In this document: piece by piece, positions 9,350 through 18,081 of the stretch
Numbering within the stretch: position 1 is the first letter of the stretch
Layout: each line of letters opens with the position of its first letter
Assembly: GCA_945859975.1 (NCBI GenBank)
Contig: CAMAPH010000038.1
Span: forward strand, 1-27,454
Length of the DNA stretch: 27,454 bases
Reading direction: 5' to 3'
From: Chthonomonas calidirosea
Lineage (GTDB): Bacteria > Armatimonadota > Fimbriimonadia > Fimbriimonadales > Fimbriimonadaceae
Made by a program: the position numbers and the translations under genes
Notes under the pieces: generated by a model
What the model was told of the DNA's origin: nothing
Seen by the model: only the letters and a program-made list of their open reading frames with translations
Database searches by the model: none

Positions 9350-10433
9350 TAGCTGGCACCTCCGCTAATCCCATGTTTTGCGCTCGGCGCGAAAACTCCT
9401 GCATGTTGCTCGACTTTGCGAGGGCATGCTCATAGTCGATCTGACCTTCTTTGAGCAAGTTCAACAAGCTGTTATCGAGCGACTGCATGCCAAGCGCGCC
9501 GCCGGTCTGGATGTCGAGGTAGAGCTGGTGTGTTTTGCCATCACGAATGAGCGTACGGATGGCAGGGGTGGCCGTCATGACTTCAAACGCGGCAACTCGT
9601 CCCACACCACTTTTTACCGGCAATAGCGTCTGAGACACAACAGCTTGCAAGGTAACGCTGAGCTGAGTTCGAATTTGCGGTTGCTGCTCTGGCGGAAAAA
9701 CGTCGACGACGCGGTCAATTGTCTGCGCCGCATCGACCGTATGAAGGGTGGACATCACCAAGTGGCCGGTTTCTGCAGCCGTAATCGCGAGTTGGATCGT
9801 CTCCAAATCTCGCATTTCTCCGACGAGAATCACGTCTGGGTTCTGCCGCATCACGTGCTTCAGGGCGTCGGCGAAAGACCGCGTGTCGGTCGATAGTTCG
9901 CGTTGGTTGATGATCGAAATCTTGTCGGAGTGAACGTATTCGATCGGGTCTTCGATCGTCATCACGTGCGCTCGGGTGTTTAAGTTGATGTGGTTGATCA
10001 TCGCGGCAAGCGATGTCGACTTGCCCGACCCGGTGGGGCCAGTGACCAGAATAAGGCCGCGCGGCATGAGCGCGATTTTCTTTGTGATCTCCGGCAGTTT
10101 CAGCTCATCGATCGACTTGATCTTGTGCGGGATCACTCGGAAGACGGCGCCTACATGGCCACGCTGCCAGAACATGTTGACGCGGAATCGTGACAGGCCA
10201 GGAACGTTGTAGGAAAGATCGACCTCTTTAAAGTCGCGTAGTCGCTCCTGACGCTCGTCGTTCAGGATGCTGAAGAGCATTTTGTTATGCTCGGCCATGT
10301 TGAGGTTGAGAGATGGAAATCGTTCCAACTCTCCTCGAATCCTCATTACAGGCGGTTGCCCGGCCTTCAGGTGAAGGTCGCTAGCATCCAGCCGCACGAG
10401 GTGGCCTAAAAGTTCGTCAAGCGTTACCGCCAT
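9336..10433 (-). CDS. pilT: Type IV pilus retraction ATPase PilT (second copy)
   Basis: ASDLHL, GPTGSGKST, TIEDPIEY, MRQNPDVILVGEMRD, TGHLVMSTLHT, AIRTLIRD, GMQSLD. Confidence 0.93.
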   Translation of the reverse strand: MAVTLDELLGHLVRLDASDLHLKAGQPPVMRIRGELERFPSLNLNMAEHNKMLFSILNDERQERLRDFKEVDLSYNVPGLSRFRVNMFWQRGHVGAVFRVIPHKIKSIDELKLPEITKKIALMPRGLILVTGPTGSGKSTSLAAMINHINLNTRAHVMTIEDPIEYVHSDKISIINQRELSTDTRSFADALKHVMRQNPDVILVGEMRDLETIQLAITAAETGHLVMSTLHTVDAAQTIDRVVDVFPPEQQPQIRTQLSVTLQAVVSQTLLPVKSGVGRVAAFEVMTATPAIRTLIRDGKTHQLYLDIQTGGALGMQSLDNSLLNLLKEGQIDYEHALAKSSNMQEFSRRAQNMGLAEVPASAVR

Positions 10434-10452
10434 TTCAGCAACATCATTCTAA

Positions 10453-10480
10453 GGCTGATTCGGTTGAATCCGAACCAGCC
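10453..10480 (-). other. Intergenic stem-loop between the first and second PilT genes
   Basis: Minus strand GGCTGGTTCGG-ATTCAA-CCGAATCAGCC forms an 11-bp stem with one G-U pair; no U-tract follows. TAGAAT at 10446-10451 lies just downstream. Confidence 0.5.
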
Positions 10481-10495
10481 GACACACAATTCGCC

Positions 10496-11575
10496 TCAGC
10501 GGCGAAGCATCATCTTCAATTCCGAAGCAATTCCGGCATTGACCATCGCGACTTGTTCCGTGATGATGCCTGCTTTGACATATCGAAGCAGCGATTGGTT
10601 CATTGTTTGCATTCCCCAGTACTCGCCCTCGTTCATGAGTTGGTACAGGTCGGCAAATTCACCGTCTTCGATCTTCTTGCTCGCAGTTGGCGTGCAGATC
10701 AAGATTTCGAGTGCGGCAACTCGGCCTTCACCGTCTGCGCGAGGAATTAACTTTTGTGAAACGATCGCGCGGAGCGATCCGGCCATTCGCTTACACATGT
10801 ACTCTCGTTCGTGCGGCGGGAACATGTTAATTACACGGTCCATGGTTTCATACGCCGACGCGGTGTGAACCGTCGAGAAAACAAGGTGACCAGTTTCACC
10901 GGCCTGCAGCGCGACGTTCATCGTGGTCTGGTCGCGCATTTCACCGATCAAGATGACGTCGGGAGCTTCTCGGAGCACGGCACGAAGCGCGGGCTGGAAG
11001 TCCTTGGTGTCAATGTGAATTTCGCGCTGGCTGACGTAACCCTTCTTGTCAGGGTGGACAATTTCGAGCGGGTCCTCAACGGTGACGATGTGGCACTCGC
11101 GCTCTTGGTTGATGATGTCGATGAGTGCACCGAGGGTCGTCGTCTTACCGCTACCCGTTGGTCCGGTGACCAAGATAAGGCCAAGCTTGTGCTTTGTGAT
11201 TTCGCGGAGAACGTCGGGCAAGCCAAGGTCTTGCAGGGTTCGAATCTTCAACGGAACAATTCGCATGACGCAGGCGTAGGTTCCGCGCTGCATATAGCAG
11301 TTACATCGAACTCGGCACTTCCCTTCGAGGGTGAAGCCGACGTCCTGGTCCATGTTGTCCTCGAAGAAGTCAAATTGTTTCTTATTCATGACCGACTGAA
11401 TCAGTCGGCCCATAGTGGCCTGGTCCAAGACCGGCAACTCAGGGTCAAGTGGAGAGACCGAGTTGTACTTTTTCATCATCGGCACTTGGCCGGCTTTGAT
11501 CATTACGTCTGCCGCATCCTTGTTCAGCCCCATTTCAATGAGCTGGTGCATGGTGATCGAATCTAGACTTAGCAT
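10496..11575 (-). CDS. PilT/PilU-family retraction ATPase (first copy, divergent, PilU-like)
   Basis: GPTGSGKTT, TVEDPLE, LREAPDVILIGEMRD, TGHLVFSTVHT, GMQTMNQSL; the AIRNLIRE position reads TASKKIED. Confidence 0.9.
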   Translation of the reverse strand: MLSLDSITMHQLIEMGLNKDAADVMIKAGQVPMMKKYNSVSPLDPELPVLDQATMGRLIQSVMNKKQFDFFEDNMDQDVGFTLEGKCRVRCNCYMQRGTYACVMRIVPLKIRTLQDLGLPDVLREITKHKLGLILVTGPTGSGKTTTLGALIDIINQERECHIVTVEDPLEIVHPDKKGYVSQREIHIDTKDFQPALRAVLREAPDVILIGEMRDQTTMNVALQAGETGHLVFSTVHTASAYETMDRVINMFPPHEREYMCKRMAGSLRAIVSQKLIPRADGEGRVAALEILICTPTASKKIEDGEFADLYQLMNEGEYWGMQTMNQSLLRYVKAGIITEQVAMVNAGIASELKMMLRR

Positions 11576-11608
11576 GTTGACTGTTTCCTTGATAGCGAAT
11601 GCAAATTT

Positions 11609-12301
11609 CTAACGAAAACTTGATTTTCCGCGGCGAAGGAACGAGTATACCAACGCTCCTAAGGCTATAGCGGCAACCGCGATCAGCGCGTAGATGGACG
11701 GATCGAGACCCCTGCTAGGTTCAACCTTGGCGACAGAAGATTCGACTCTTGAGTTTTTCGCGTCGGGAACATCATATTTCGCCGTATCGGTTGTGAGAGG
11801 ATGAAATCGGTATTCCAGACCGATCGAGCCAGGTAAACGCTGTCCCTCGACTTCGATACTCTCTGATCGAAACACCGAGATAGCCGTTGAATCAACCGCG
11901 CGGTTCTCGAAAACCACCCCGATACCCTTCACTTGCTCGCTCGCAAATGCTTGGGCGATGGCGTTCAAGCGGAGCTTTCCCGGCTCAGCAAGGCCATCCA
12001 CACCGAACGATGCTTCCAAGAACTGCTCGCTCGGCTGGTTACCAAATCGATTTCGATAGATCCGTAGGGCGCGCGGCGGCGATTTTAGAATTTCCCCCAA
12101 AAGATTGATTTGGCGTTGCAACTCGGCTTCTTTGTAGTTAGGATCCAGAACCTTCACCTCAAGCACATCGGCACCACCGGTGTGCTCTCGGGCAACGATC
12201 ATGATGTCCGTCCGAACGGAGTTGAAGATAGACGTTGAGGAATCTTGGCCGGACGCAACGGTAGCGGCAACCAATAGTAATAATGCCAGCACCCGCTTCA
12301 T
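11609..12301 (-). CDS. Hypothetical exported protein with C-terminal membrane anchor
   Basis: MKRVLALLLLVAATVASG signal peptide; C-terminal IYALIAVAAIALGALVYSFL followed by RRGK. Start placed at ATG 12301, 7 nt after TAACGT. Confidence 0.75.
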   Translation of the reverse strand: MKRVLALLLLVAATVASGQDSSTSIFNSVRTDIMIVAREHTGGADVLEVKVLDPNYKEAELQRQINLLGEILKSPPRALRIYRNRFGNQPSEQFLEASFGVDGLAEPGKLRLNAIAQAFASEQVKGIGVVFENRAVDSTAISVFRSESIEVEGQRLPGSIGLEYRFHPLTTDTAKYDVPDAKNSRVESSVAKVEPSRGLDPSIYALIAVAAIALGALVYSFLRRGKSSFR

Positions 12302-12452
12302 TCGGTTGACGTTACCCGCCATTGTCGGCGGGCATTTAGACTCACTTTTTTTGGCCCCAGACGAAAGAGAAAAATGAAACAAACAGATTGTTCAAATTCG
12401 TCGTATATCGCGAAGGGTAACGCGTCATAATGACCCGCTTGGAAAAAGAAAG

Positions 12453-12956
12453 ATGAACGAGATGGAGCTGCACCACGAGCCTCAGACGGGGACGCTTCTC
12501 ACCGCAGAAGGTTTTACCGCTCTGCAGAAGGAACTTGAAACCCTCACCACGGTAAAGCGCGGTGAGATTGCGGAGCGCATTCGCGAAAGCCAACAGCACG
12601 GCGAATTTAGCGAAGACAACAGCGAACTTGACGAAGTGAAGCTGGAGCAAGCGATGGTGGAAACCCGCATCGCTGAACTCAAAACCTTGTTTGGCAATGC
12701 CCAAATTTTGGACGAGGCCAGTATTCCAACGGATCGCGTTGGTATCGGATCGGTCGTTACGCTCCTCGACTTGCAGTACCACGAGCAGTTCGAAGTTCGA
12801 TTGGTCTCAAGCATCGAGGCAGATCCGGGTCGAGACCTCATTAGCAACGAGTCTCCGATGGGAACGGCGATTTACGGAATCGAACCCAACACCGAAGTCT
12901 ATTTCGACGCACCGGAAGGTCGCAAAAAGTTCAAGATCGTTTCGATCACTCGGTAA
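12453..12956 (+). CDS. GreA/GreB-family transcription factor with divergent acidic tip
   Basis: LLTAEGFTALQKELETL coiled coil, tip HGEFSEDNSEL, C-domain VGIGSVVTL and ISNESPMG. Confidence 0.9.
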   Translation: MNEMELHHEPQTGTLLTAEGFTALQKELETLTTVKRGEIAERIRESQQHGEFSEDNSELDEVKLEQAMVETRIAELKTLFGNAQILDEASIPTDRVGIGSVVTLLDLQYHEQFEVRLVSSIEADPGRDLISNESPMGTAIYGIEPNTEVYFDAPEGRKKFKIVSITR

Positions 12957-13530
12957 CGGGCGGAACTTTCTGGTCAGGCACTCCCTTGTACTGACTTCGA
13001 ACGAACTCATGCAACCGCACTAGCCACTCGTGACGTGCGGTTGCAAGAAAAAGCAGATTCTGGACAACCATGTTGCGGAGCTCTGTGTCCATCGGCTCCT
13101 CCTGGATGGACTTCCTCAATTCTTTCAGATAGGCATCGCTCTGAGTCATCCAGGTCGCAACCACTTCAATTCGCGCCTCTGGTTCTAGCAACTCAAGAAA
13201 ATAACCGCGTGTGCGCATTGAGTCGGCAAGGTGCCCTAGTTCCGTTTGTTCAGGTGGACTCGTAAGCCAGTGCTGAACCACTTGTGTTCCGAGGTTGGTC
13301 AGCTGATACTCGCTACGAGCACGATTTGGATTACCTGCCTTACCAAGAAGGGTGATGAGGTCTTGGTCTTGCAGGCGTCGTAGGGTCCGGTAAATCGATC
13401 CGCTCTCCGCGCTCCAGCGACTGCCAGGACGACGAAGCATCAGCTTACGCATGGCATATCCTGACGTCACACCGGCGCCGATCATGGCTAGAACGAATTT
13501 CTCTAGCTCACTGTAGGGAAAACTTTTCAT
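12946..13530 (-). CDS. PadR-family transcriptional regulator (long, AphA-like C-terminus)
   Basis: VLAMI..SGYAM..WSAESGSIYRTLRRLQDQDLI..RSEYQLTNLG..WL winged-helix signature. The upstream part of the 335-aa ORF is antisense to secE, so the start was placed at ATG 13530. Confidence 0.82.
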   Translation of the reverse strand: MKSFPYSELEKFVLAMIGAGVTSGYAMRKLMLRRPGSRWSAESGSIYRTLRRLQDQDLITLLGKAGNPNRARSEYQLTNLGTQVVQHWLTSPPEQTELGHLADSMRTRGYFLELLEPEARIEVVATWMTQSDAYLKELRKSIQEEPMDTELRNMVVQNLLFLATARHEWLVRLHEFVRSQYKGVPDQKVPPVTE

Positions 13531-13690
13531 TATTAGCGCAGGCTTAGAACAAAAATCTAACGCAGTCAGCTTTATACCCGAGCACATCGCTGGACTCAGC
13601 CTTGAACTGGAGATAGCTTTGGACCTAACCGTTGGCCCCTTGGTGGTACCATTCAACATTCCCCAGTTTCTAGGAGCTGGACCCATTCTA

Positions 13691-13957
13691 ATGGCACAAG
13701 ATTCATCTTCCGTATCGGGCGGCAAGGAACAGCGAACTACTGGTTCTGTTCCTCTGCCGCGTAGCAAACGCGGCGCAAAGGCGTATTTTAACGACGTGGT
13801 GCGCGAACTAAAAAGAGTTGACTGGCCAACCGTTCCAGAAACCCACCGACTAACCGCCGTGGTTCTGACCGTTTGCCTCGCTCTTGTTGCCATCCTTACC
13901 GGCTTGAGTTCACTATTTGAAATTTTGACCAAGCTAATCACAAAAGGAACCATCTAA
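13691..13957 (+). CDS. secE: Preprotein translocase subunit SecE
   Basis: YFNDVVRELKRVDWPT motif plus a single TM helix, directly before nusG; TAGGAG upstream. Confidence 0.93.
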   Translation: MAQDSSSVSGGKEQRTTGSVPLPRSKRGAKAYFNDVVRELKRVDWPTVPETHRLTAVVLTVCLALVAILTGLSSLFEILTKLITKGTI

Positions 13958-13960
13958 CAC

Positions 13961-14488
13961 ATGCCAAAATCATGGTACGCCGTGCACACAATTGCCGGCC
14001 ATGAAAACAAAGTTCGAGACGTTCTCACTCGCCGCGCTCAGGTTGAAGGCATTTGGGGACTCGACATCTACGACATCCTGATCCCAACCGAACGCGAAAT
14101 GTCAACGCGAAACGGCAAGCGATACGAGCTTGACCGAAAAGTTTTCCCTGGCTACATCCTCGTTCAAATGATGATGACGGACGAGGCTTTCAAGCTCGTC
14201 AAGTCGACCACTGGCGTCACTGGCTTCGTGCAGAGCGGCAACAAACCGGTACCGCTAGAAGACTACGAAGTGAGCCGAATCCAGAAGAACCTGGAAGCGA
14301 GCCGAGAAGCTCCAAAAGTCAACTGGAACAAGAGCGATGCCATCCGCGTTGTGGAAGGACCGTTCAGCGACTTCACCGGAAAGATCGAAGAGGTCAGCCC
14401 GGAAAAGGAAAAACTCAAGGTACTCATCAACATCTTTGGTCGAGACACTCCAGTAGAGCTCGACTTCAACCAAGTCGAAAAGCTCTAG
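13961..14488 (+). CDS. nusG: Transcription termination/antitermination factor NusG
   Basis: WYAVHT..GHENKV, KVFPGYILV, GVTGFV, KOW motif VVEGPFSDFTG, IFGRDTPVELDFNQVEKL. Confidence 0.98.
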   Translation: MPKSWYAVHTIAGHENKVRDVLTRRAQVEGIWGLDIYDILIPTEREMSTRNGKRYELDRKVFPGYILVQMMMTDEAFKLVKSTTGVTGFVQSGNKPVPLEDYEVSRIQKNLEASREAPKVNWNKSDAIRVVEGPFSDFTGKIEEVSPEKEKLKVLINIFGRDTPVELDFNQVEKL

Positions 14489-14501
14489 CGTTTCGCTCCG
14501 T

Positions 14502-14549
14502 AACGACCCCGAACTGCACCGATGGTGCTTCGGGGTCGTTTTTCGTTTT
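14502..14549 (+). terminator. Intrinsic terminator after nusG
   Basis: AACGACCCCGAA (14502-14513) pairs with TTCGGGGTCGTT (14529-14540); inner GCACC-GAT-GGTGC stem; T-rich tail follows. Confidence 0.88.
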
Positions 14550-14589
14550 CAGTGGTCAGTTCGCTTTCTCGAGCCCGTCTTAACTATCT

Positions 14590-16317
14590 ATGTCCCATTC
14601 CGCGCCACGCATCTTCCCTGCCAAATGGGTCACTGGTGAGCGCGACGCAGCCGCCGAGGCTCGGCTAAGTTCGGAACTTAAAATCACTCCGCTGGTCGCC
14701 GCTTTGCTGGCCAACCGTGGTTACGCGGACCCAGGTGAAGCGCAAGTCTTTCTGACCCCATCTCTCCACCGGCTTCATGACCCGTCACTTTTGCCGGACT
14801 ACGAGCTGGCAAAAGCAGAGATTCTCGGTGCCGTCCAGGAAAAATCGCTGATCTACGTTCACGGAGATTACGATGCCGATGGCGTCACCAGTACCGCGAT
14901 TCTCTATCGCTTCCTCAACAAGCTCGGTGCAAACGTGCATGCTCATGTCCCACACCGAATGCTGGAGGGCTATGGAATTCACCCGGACGCTGTGGATAAA
15001 GCACACGCGATGGGGGCAAAGCTCTTCCTCACGTGCGACTGCGGTATCTCCGCCCACGAACAAGTTGCGAAAGCTCGAGAATTCGGAATGCGCGTGGTGA
15101 TCACCGACCACCACCAGCCGAAACCGACTTTGCCCATCGCCCACGCCATTGTAAATCCGCACCGCTCCGATTCCACATACCCCTTTAATGAGCTCTCAGG
15201 GGCCGGTGTGGCCCTCAAACTGTGTGCGGGGCTATTCCGAGACCTGGGACACAGCGAGGACGTGTTTTACCGGCGGTTTGTCGATCTGGCTGCTCTTGGC
15301 ACCGTCGCGGACATGATGCCGCTGGTGGATGAGAACCGCGTGATCGCAAAGTTTGGCGTCGAGAGGATAGCGGACTCGGACAAAACCGGGATTCGGGCGT
15401 TGCTCGCCGTTTCCGGCCTAACAAACCAAACCCTCAAAGCAACGCATATCGGATTTCAACTTGCCCCGCGGCTCAACGCCGTTGGCCGAATTGACGATGC
15501 GAAGATGGCGTATCGCTTGCTCGTGAGTGCCGACGATTCTGAATCTCGTGAGCTTGCCGGCGTGCTGGAGGAACACAACCAGCAGCGAAAGTTGGAGCAG
15601 GAAAAGACCACGCGAGAGGCGATCGAAGAAGTCCGAGAGCAAGGGCTGTCCGACTCCTTCGTGATCATGGTCGCAAAAGAAGGCTGGGGACCAGGAGTAG
15701 TCGGCCTTGCGGCCGGCAAAGTTCTGGAGGAGTATCGACGGCCGACGTTTGTGCTCACCGTCGATCCCGAGTCCGGGAAGCTGAAAGGCTCCGCCCGGAG
15801 CATCGAAGGTTTCCATCTTGCTCACGCGATGCACGAACTGAAGGATCTGATGGATGGCGGTGGCCACGCTATGGCCGCGGGCTGCAGCTTCCCGAAAGAA
15901 AATCTCGACGAAATTCGAAAGCGAATGGACGTGATTGCGCGCAAAACGCTTCAGGAATCCGACTTTGTGCCGACGATCAAGACCGATATCGAGGCTAAAG
16001 CGGAAGAAGTGAACGAGCGAGTGCTTGCCGAGATTGAGGGTCTAGCGCCGTTTGGCATCGGAAACCCGGAACCAACCTTCCTTGTGCGAGATATCACAAT
16101 TGGCTCGATTCGGCCGATGCGAAATCCCGCTCACGTAAACGTCGTGCTCCGCCCCGAATCCGGCGGAAACATCGATGCAATCTGCTTCGGGCAAGGCGAG
16201 TACTTCTCTTCGCTTGGAACCGGTGCAAAGGTTGATTTGGCAGTCCAACCCGAAATTAACGAGTTCAACGGTCGGCGAACGTTCCGCTGGCGGGTGAAAG
16301 GCGTACGCCCCGCTTAA
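14590..16317 (+). CDS. recJ: Single-stranded-DNA exonuclease RecJ
   Basis: HGDYDADGVTS, TCDCG, ITDHH, LAALGTVADMMPL, FQLAPRLNAVGR, KGSARS, GGHAMAAG, APFGIGNPEP. Confidence 0.97.
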   Translation: MSHSAPRIFPAKWVTGERDAAAEARLSSELKITPLVAALLANRGYADPGEAQVFLTPSLHRLHDPSLLPDYELAKAEILGAVQEKSLIYVHGDYDADGVTSTAILYRFLNKLGANVHAHVPHRMLEGYGIHPDAVDKAHAMGAKLFLTCDCGISAHEQVAKAREFGMRVVITDHHQPKPTLPIAHAIVNPHRSDSTYPFNELSGAGVALKLCAGLFRDLGHSEDVFYRRFVDLAALGTVADMMPLVDENRVIAKFGVERIADSDKTGIRALLAVSGLTNQTLKATHIGFQLAPRLNAVGRIDDAKMAYRLLVSADDSESRELAGVLEEHNQQRKLEQEKTTREAIEEVREQGLSDSFVIMVAKEGWGPGVVGLAAGKVLEEYRRPTFVLTVDPESGKLKGSARSIEGFHLAHAMHELKDLMDGGGHAMAAGCSFPKENLDEIRKRMDVIARKTLQESDFVPTIKTDIEAKAEEVNERVLAEIEGLAPFGIGNPEPTFLVRDITIGSIRPMRNPAHVNVVLRPESGGNIDAICFGQGEYFSSLGTGAKVDLAVQPEINEFNGRRTFRWRVKGVRPA

Positions 16318-17351
16318 TCCGCCAATGTCCCGACAATTGCCGTCGCGCGACGGCGAACGCCTTGCCGGAAGAAGTCGATGCGCAGTTCTGTGTTGGGAAC
16401 TTGCTTGAACATCGCTCGCGCGTATTCGTACTGATTTCGCACCGAGTAATCCCCCAGTCGCACCACAACGTCTCCAACCCGCAGCCCGGCCCTTTCAGCC
16501 GCGGAGCCGGGCTCCACAACCACCAGCTCTGCTCCACCCGAGAGAGAGTCTCGGCAGATGCAGCCCAGGTAGGGATGCGCGACGACGCGGTTTGGGGACC
16601 TAAAGCCTCGAACCACGCGACTGGACAGCGTTGGGCTGGTCATATAGCCAACGGTCAGCAGTCCCGGCGCAAACTGAGACTGGTTGAGAAAACCTTGCTG
16701 ATAGCGCTTGTCACGGATTGTCGGAGCCGATTGTTGGAGTTCGGTCTGAACGGAACTTAGACCGCCGTAAAACCGAAATCCTCGGACGAATAAGGCGGTT
16801 TCGTAGTTTTGCTCCGGTTGTTCGAGAGCGATCCGGACAACCGGAACCGTGCGCCGACGCTCGGACGAGACGCCAATGAGTTCGCTACTCGAGAGCTCAA
16901 CCCGAAACATGCCGTCGGGAAGTACGGCATAGACCAATTCGCCGACCTTGATTTCGCTTGCTGCTTCAAACGCCTGGCTACCGGTCACCGCCGTGTCGCG
17001 CTGAATAAGGGCGAGGTCGCTCAGTTCATCGACTTTGAGCAGGCTAACCTTGACCGTCTGCCCATCGTAATCGACGGCGTCAATGCGGTTGCCGCGGACG
17101 GCATATCGACTCACGACGTACAAGCCACGAGCGTCGATCAGGCCGGCCACACCGCGCACCACGCCATCGGTTCGCACCATCAGCAACGACGGCTTGAGGG
17201 TTGACCAGCCAACGGCATCACTTACCGCGTCTGCCTCGGCCCGCAGCGGCTTGCCGAGTACGGCAGATTGCGATGCCTGGGGCGGAAATCCCTGCCAGCC
17301 CGGGGCAAGCAAGGACATCCCGGCAACTAAACTAACCGCCGACAAGGACAC
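16314..17351 (-). CDS. Exported HtrA/DegS-like protein: degenerate trypsin-like domain plus C-terminal PDZ
   Basis: Signal-like N-terminus; DELSDLALIQ (HtrA Asp motif); HPYLGC..VEPGSAAERAGLRVGDVVVRL (PDZ). TNxH and GNSGG motifs are absent. Confidence 0.82.
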   Translation of the reverse strand: MSLSAVSLVAGMSLLAPGWQGFPPQASQSAVLGKPLRAEADAVSDAVGWSTLKPSLLMVRTDGVVRGVAGLIDARGLYVVSRYAVRGNRIDAVDYDGQTVKVSLLKVDELSDLALIQRDTAVTGSQAFEAASEIKVGELVYAVLPDGMFRVELSSSELIGVSSERRRTVPVVRIALEQPEQNYETALFVRGFRFYGGLSSVQTELQQSAPTIRDKRYQQGFLNQSQFAPGLLTVGYMTSPTLSSRVVRGFRSPNRVVAHPYLGCICRDSLSGGAELVVVEPGSAAERAGLRVGDVVVRLGDYSVRNQYEYARAMFKQVPNTELRIDFFRQGVRRRATAIVGTLAD

Positions 17352-18081
17352 CAGTTACGGCCTCCGTTTCCGTTGCCCGGCCAGGGGCATCGGGCAGCGC
17401 ACCGATAATGACAATGGGTTCGTCGTTTGACGCTGGCAACACAACCGGGTCCGATTCCGGCTTTGTAGTCTGCTTGACGGGCTGCTTGACCGCAGGAGCC
17501 GCAGATTGAGTCGCGGCGGGAGCAACGGTCCGTTCTCCGCTTCGAGATGCGACCAGCGTTGCGTACGACTTGCGGTTTCGCTTCTGGCTAACCTGGACCG
17601 GCGCGGTGCCAAACGCAAGAGCATTCGGCTTTGCGGCTTGAGTCATCTGGGGCTCCGGCTTCTTTGCGACAACTGTCGTTCGGTTTAGCACCACCGGCGG
17701 CGTCATTTGATTGCGCATCGGGTTCGGATCCTTAACGACCATCGGTTCTGCCTTCGGCTGCAGGTTTGGAAGCAGCATGATCGCAAAGGTCAGACCGAAA
17801 GCAACCGCGGGCATCCACAGCCATCCGAGCTTCGCTTTTGCGGGCTCTCGGGGTTCGAGGCATCTTTCAAGGATTGCCGCTCGCAGTCGCTCTTTTGAAT
17901 ATTGATCTTCTGGAACGTCCTTCAGGAGGTTCAGGCTCACCGCGAAACGTTCCTGTGCTTTCAGCTCGGCGGCCAGCTCAGAATCGTACTCGGCTTGATT
18001 ACGCAACGCTTCGGTTTTGCCCTCTTCGAGCTCTCCAAAGGCATAACGCAGTAATTCTTGATCTCGTTTGTTTCTCATCAT
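17332..18081 (-). CDS. Putative membrane-bound anti-sigma factor
   Basis: Overlaps the sigma stop (TAATG). N-terminal ELLRYAFGEL..AAEL resembles an anti-sigma domain without HxxxCxxC; TM WLWMPAVAFGLTFAIMLL; Pro/Ala/Lys-rich tail. Confidence 0.72.
   Translation of the reverse strand: MMRNKRDQELLRYAFGELEEGKTEALRNQAEYDSELAAELKAQERFAVSLNLLKDVPEDQYSKERLRAAILERCLEPREPAKAKLGWLWMPAVAFGLTFAIMLLPNLQPKAEPMVVKDPNPMRNQMTPPVVLNRTTVVAKKPEPQMTQAAKPNALAFGTAPVQVSQKRNRKSYATLVASRSGERTVAPAATQSAAPAVKQPVKQTTKPESDPVVLPASNDEPIVIIGALPDAPGRATETEAVTGVLVGG

Noticed and set aside
13531..13953. Apparent long N-terminal domain fused to PadR (335-aa ORF)
   Set aside because: It is the antisense of secE and its promoter region.
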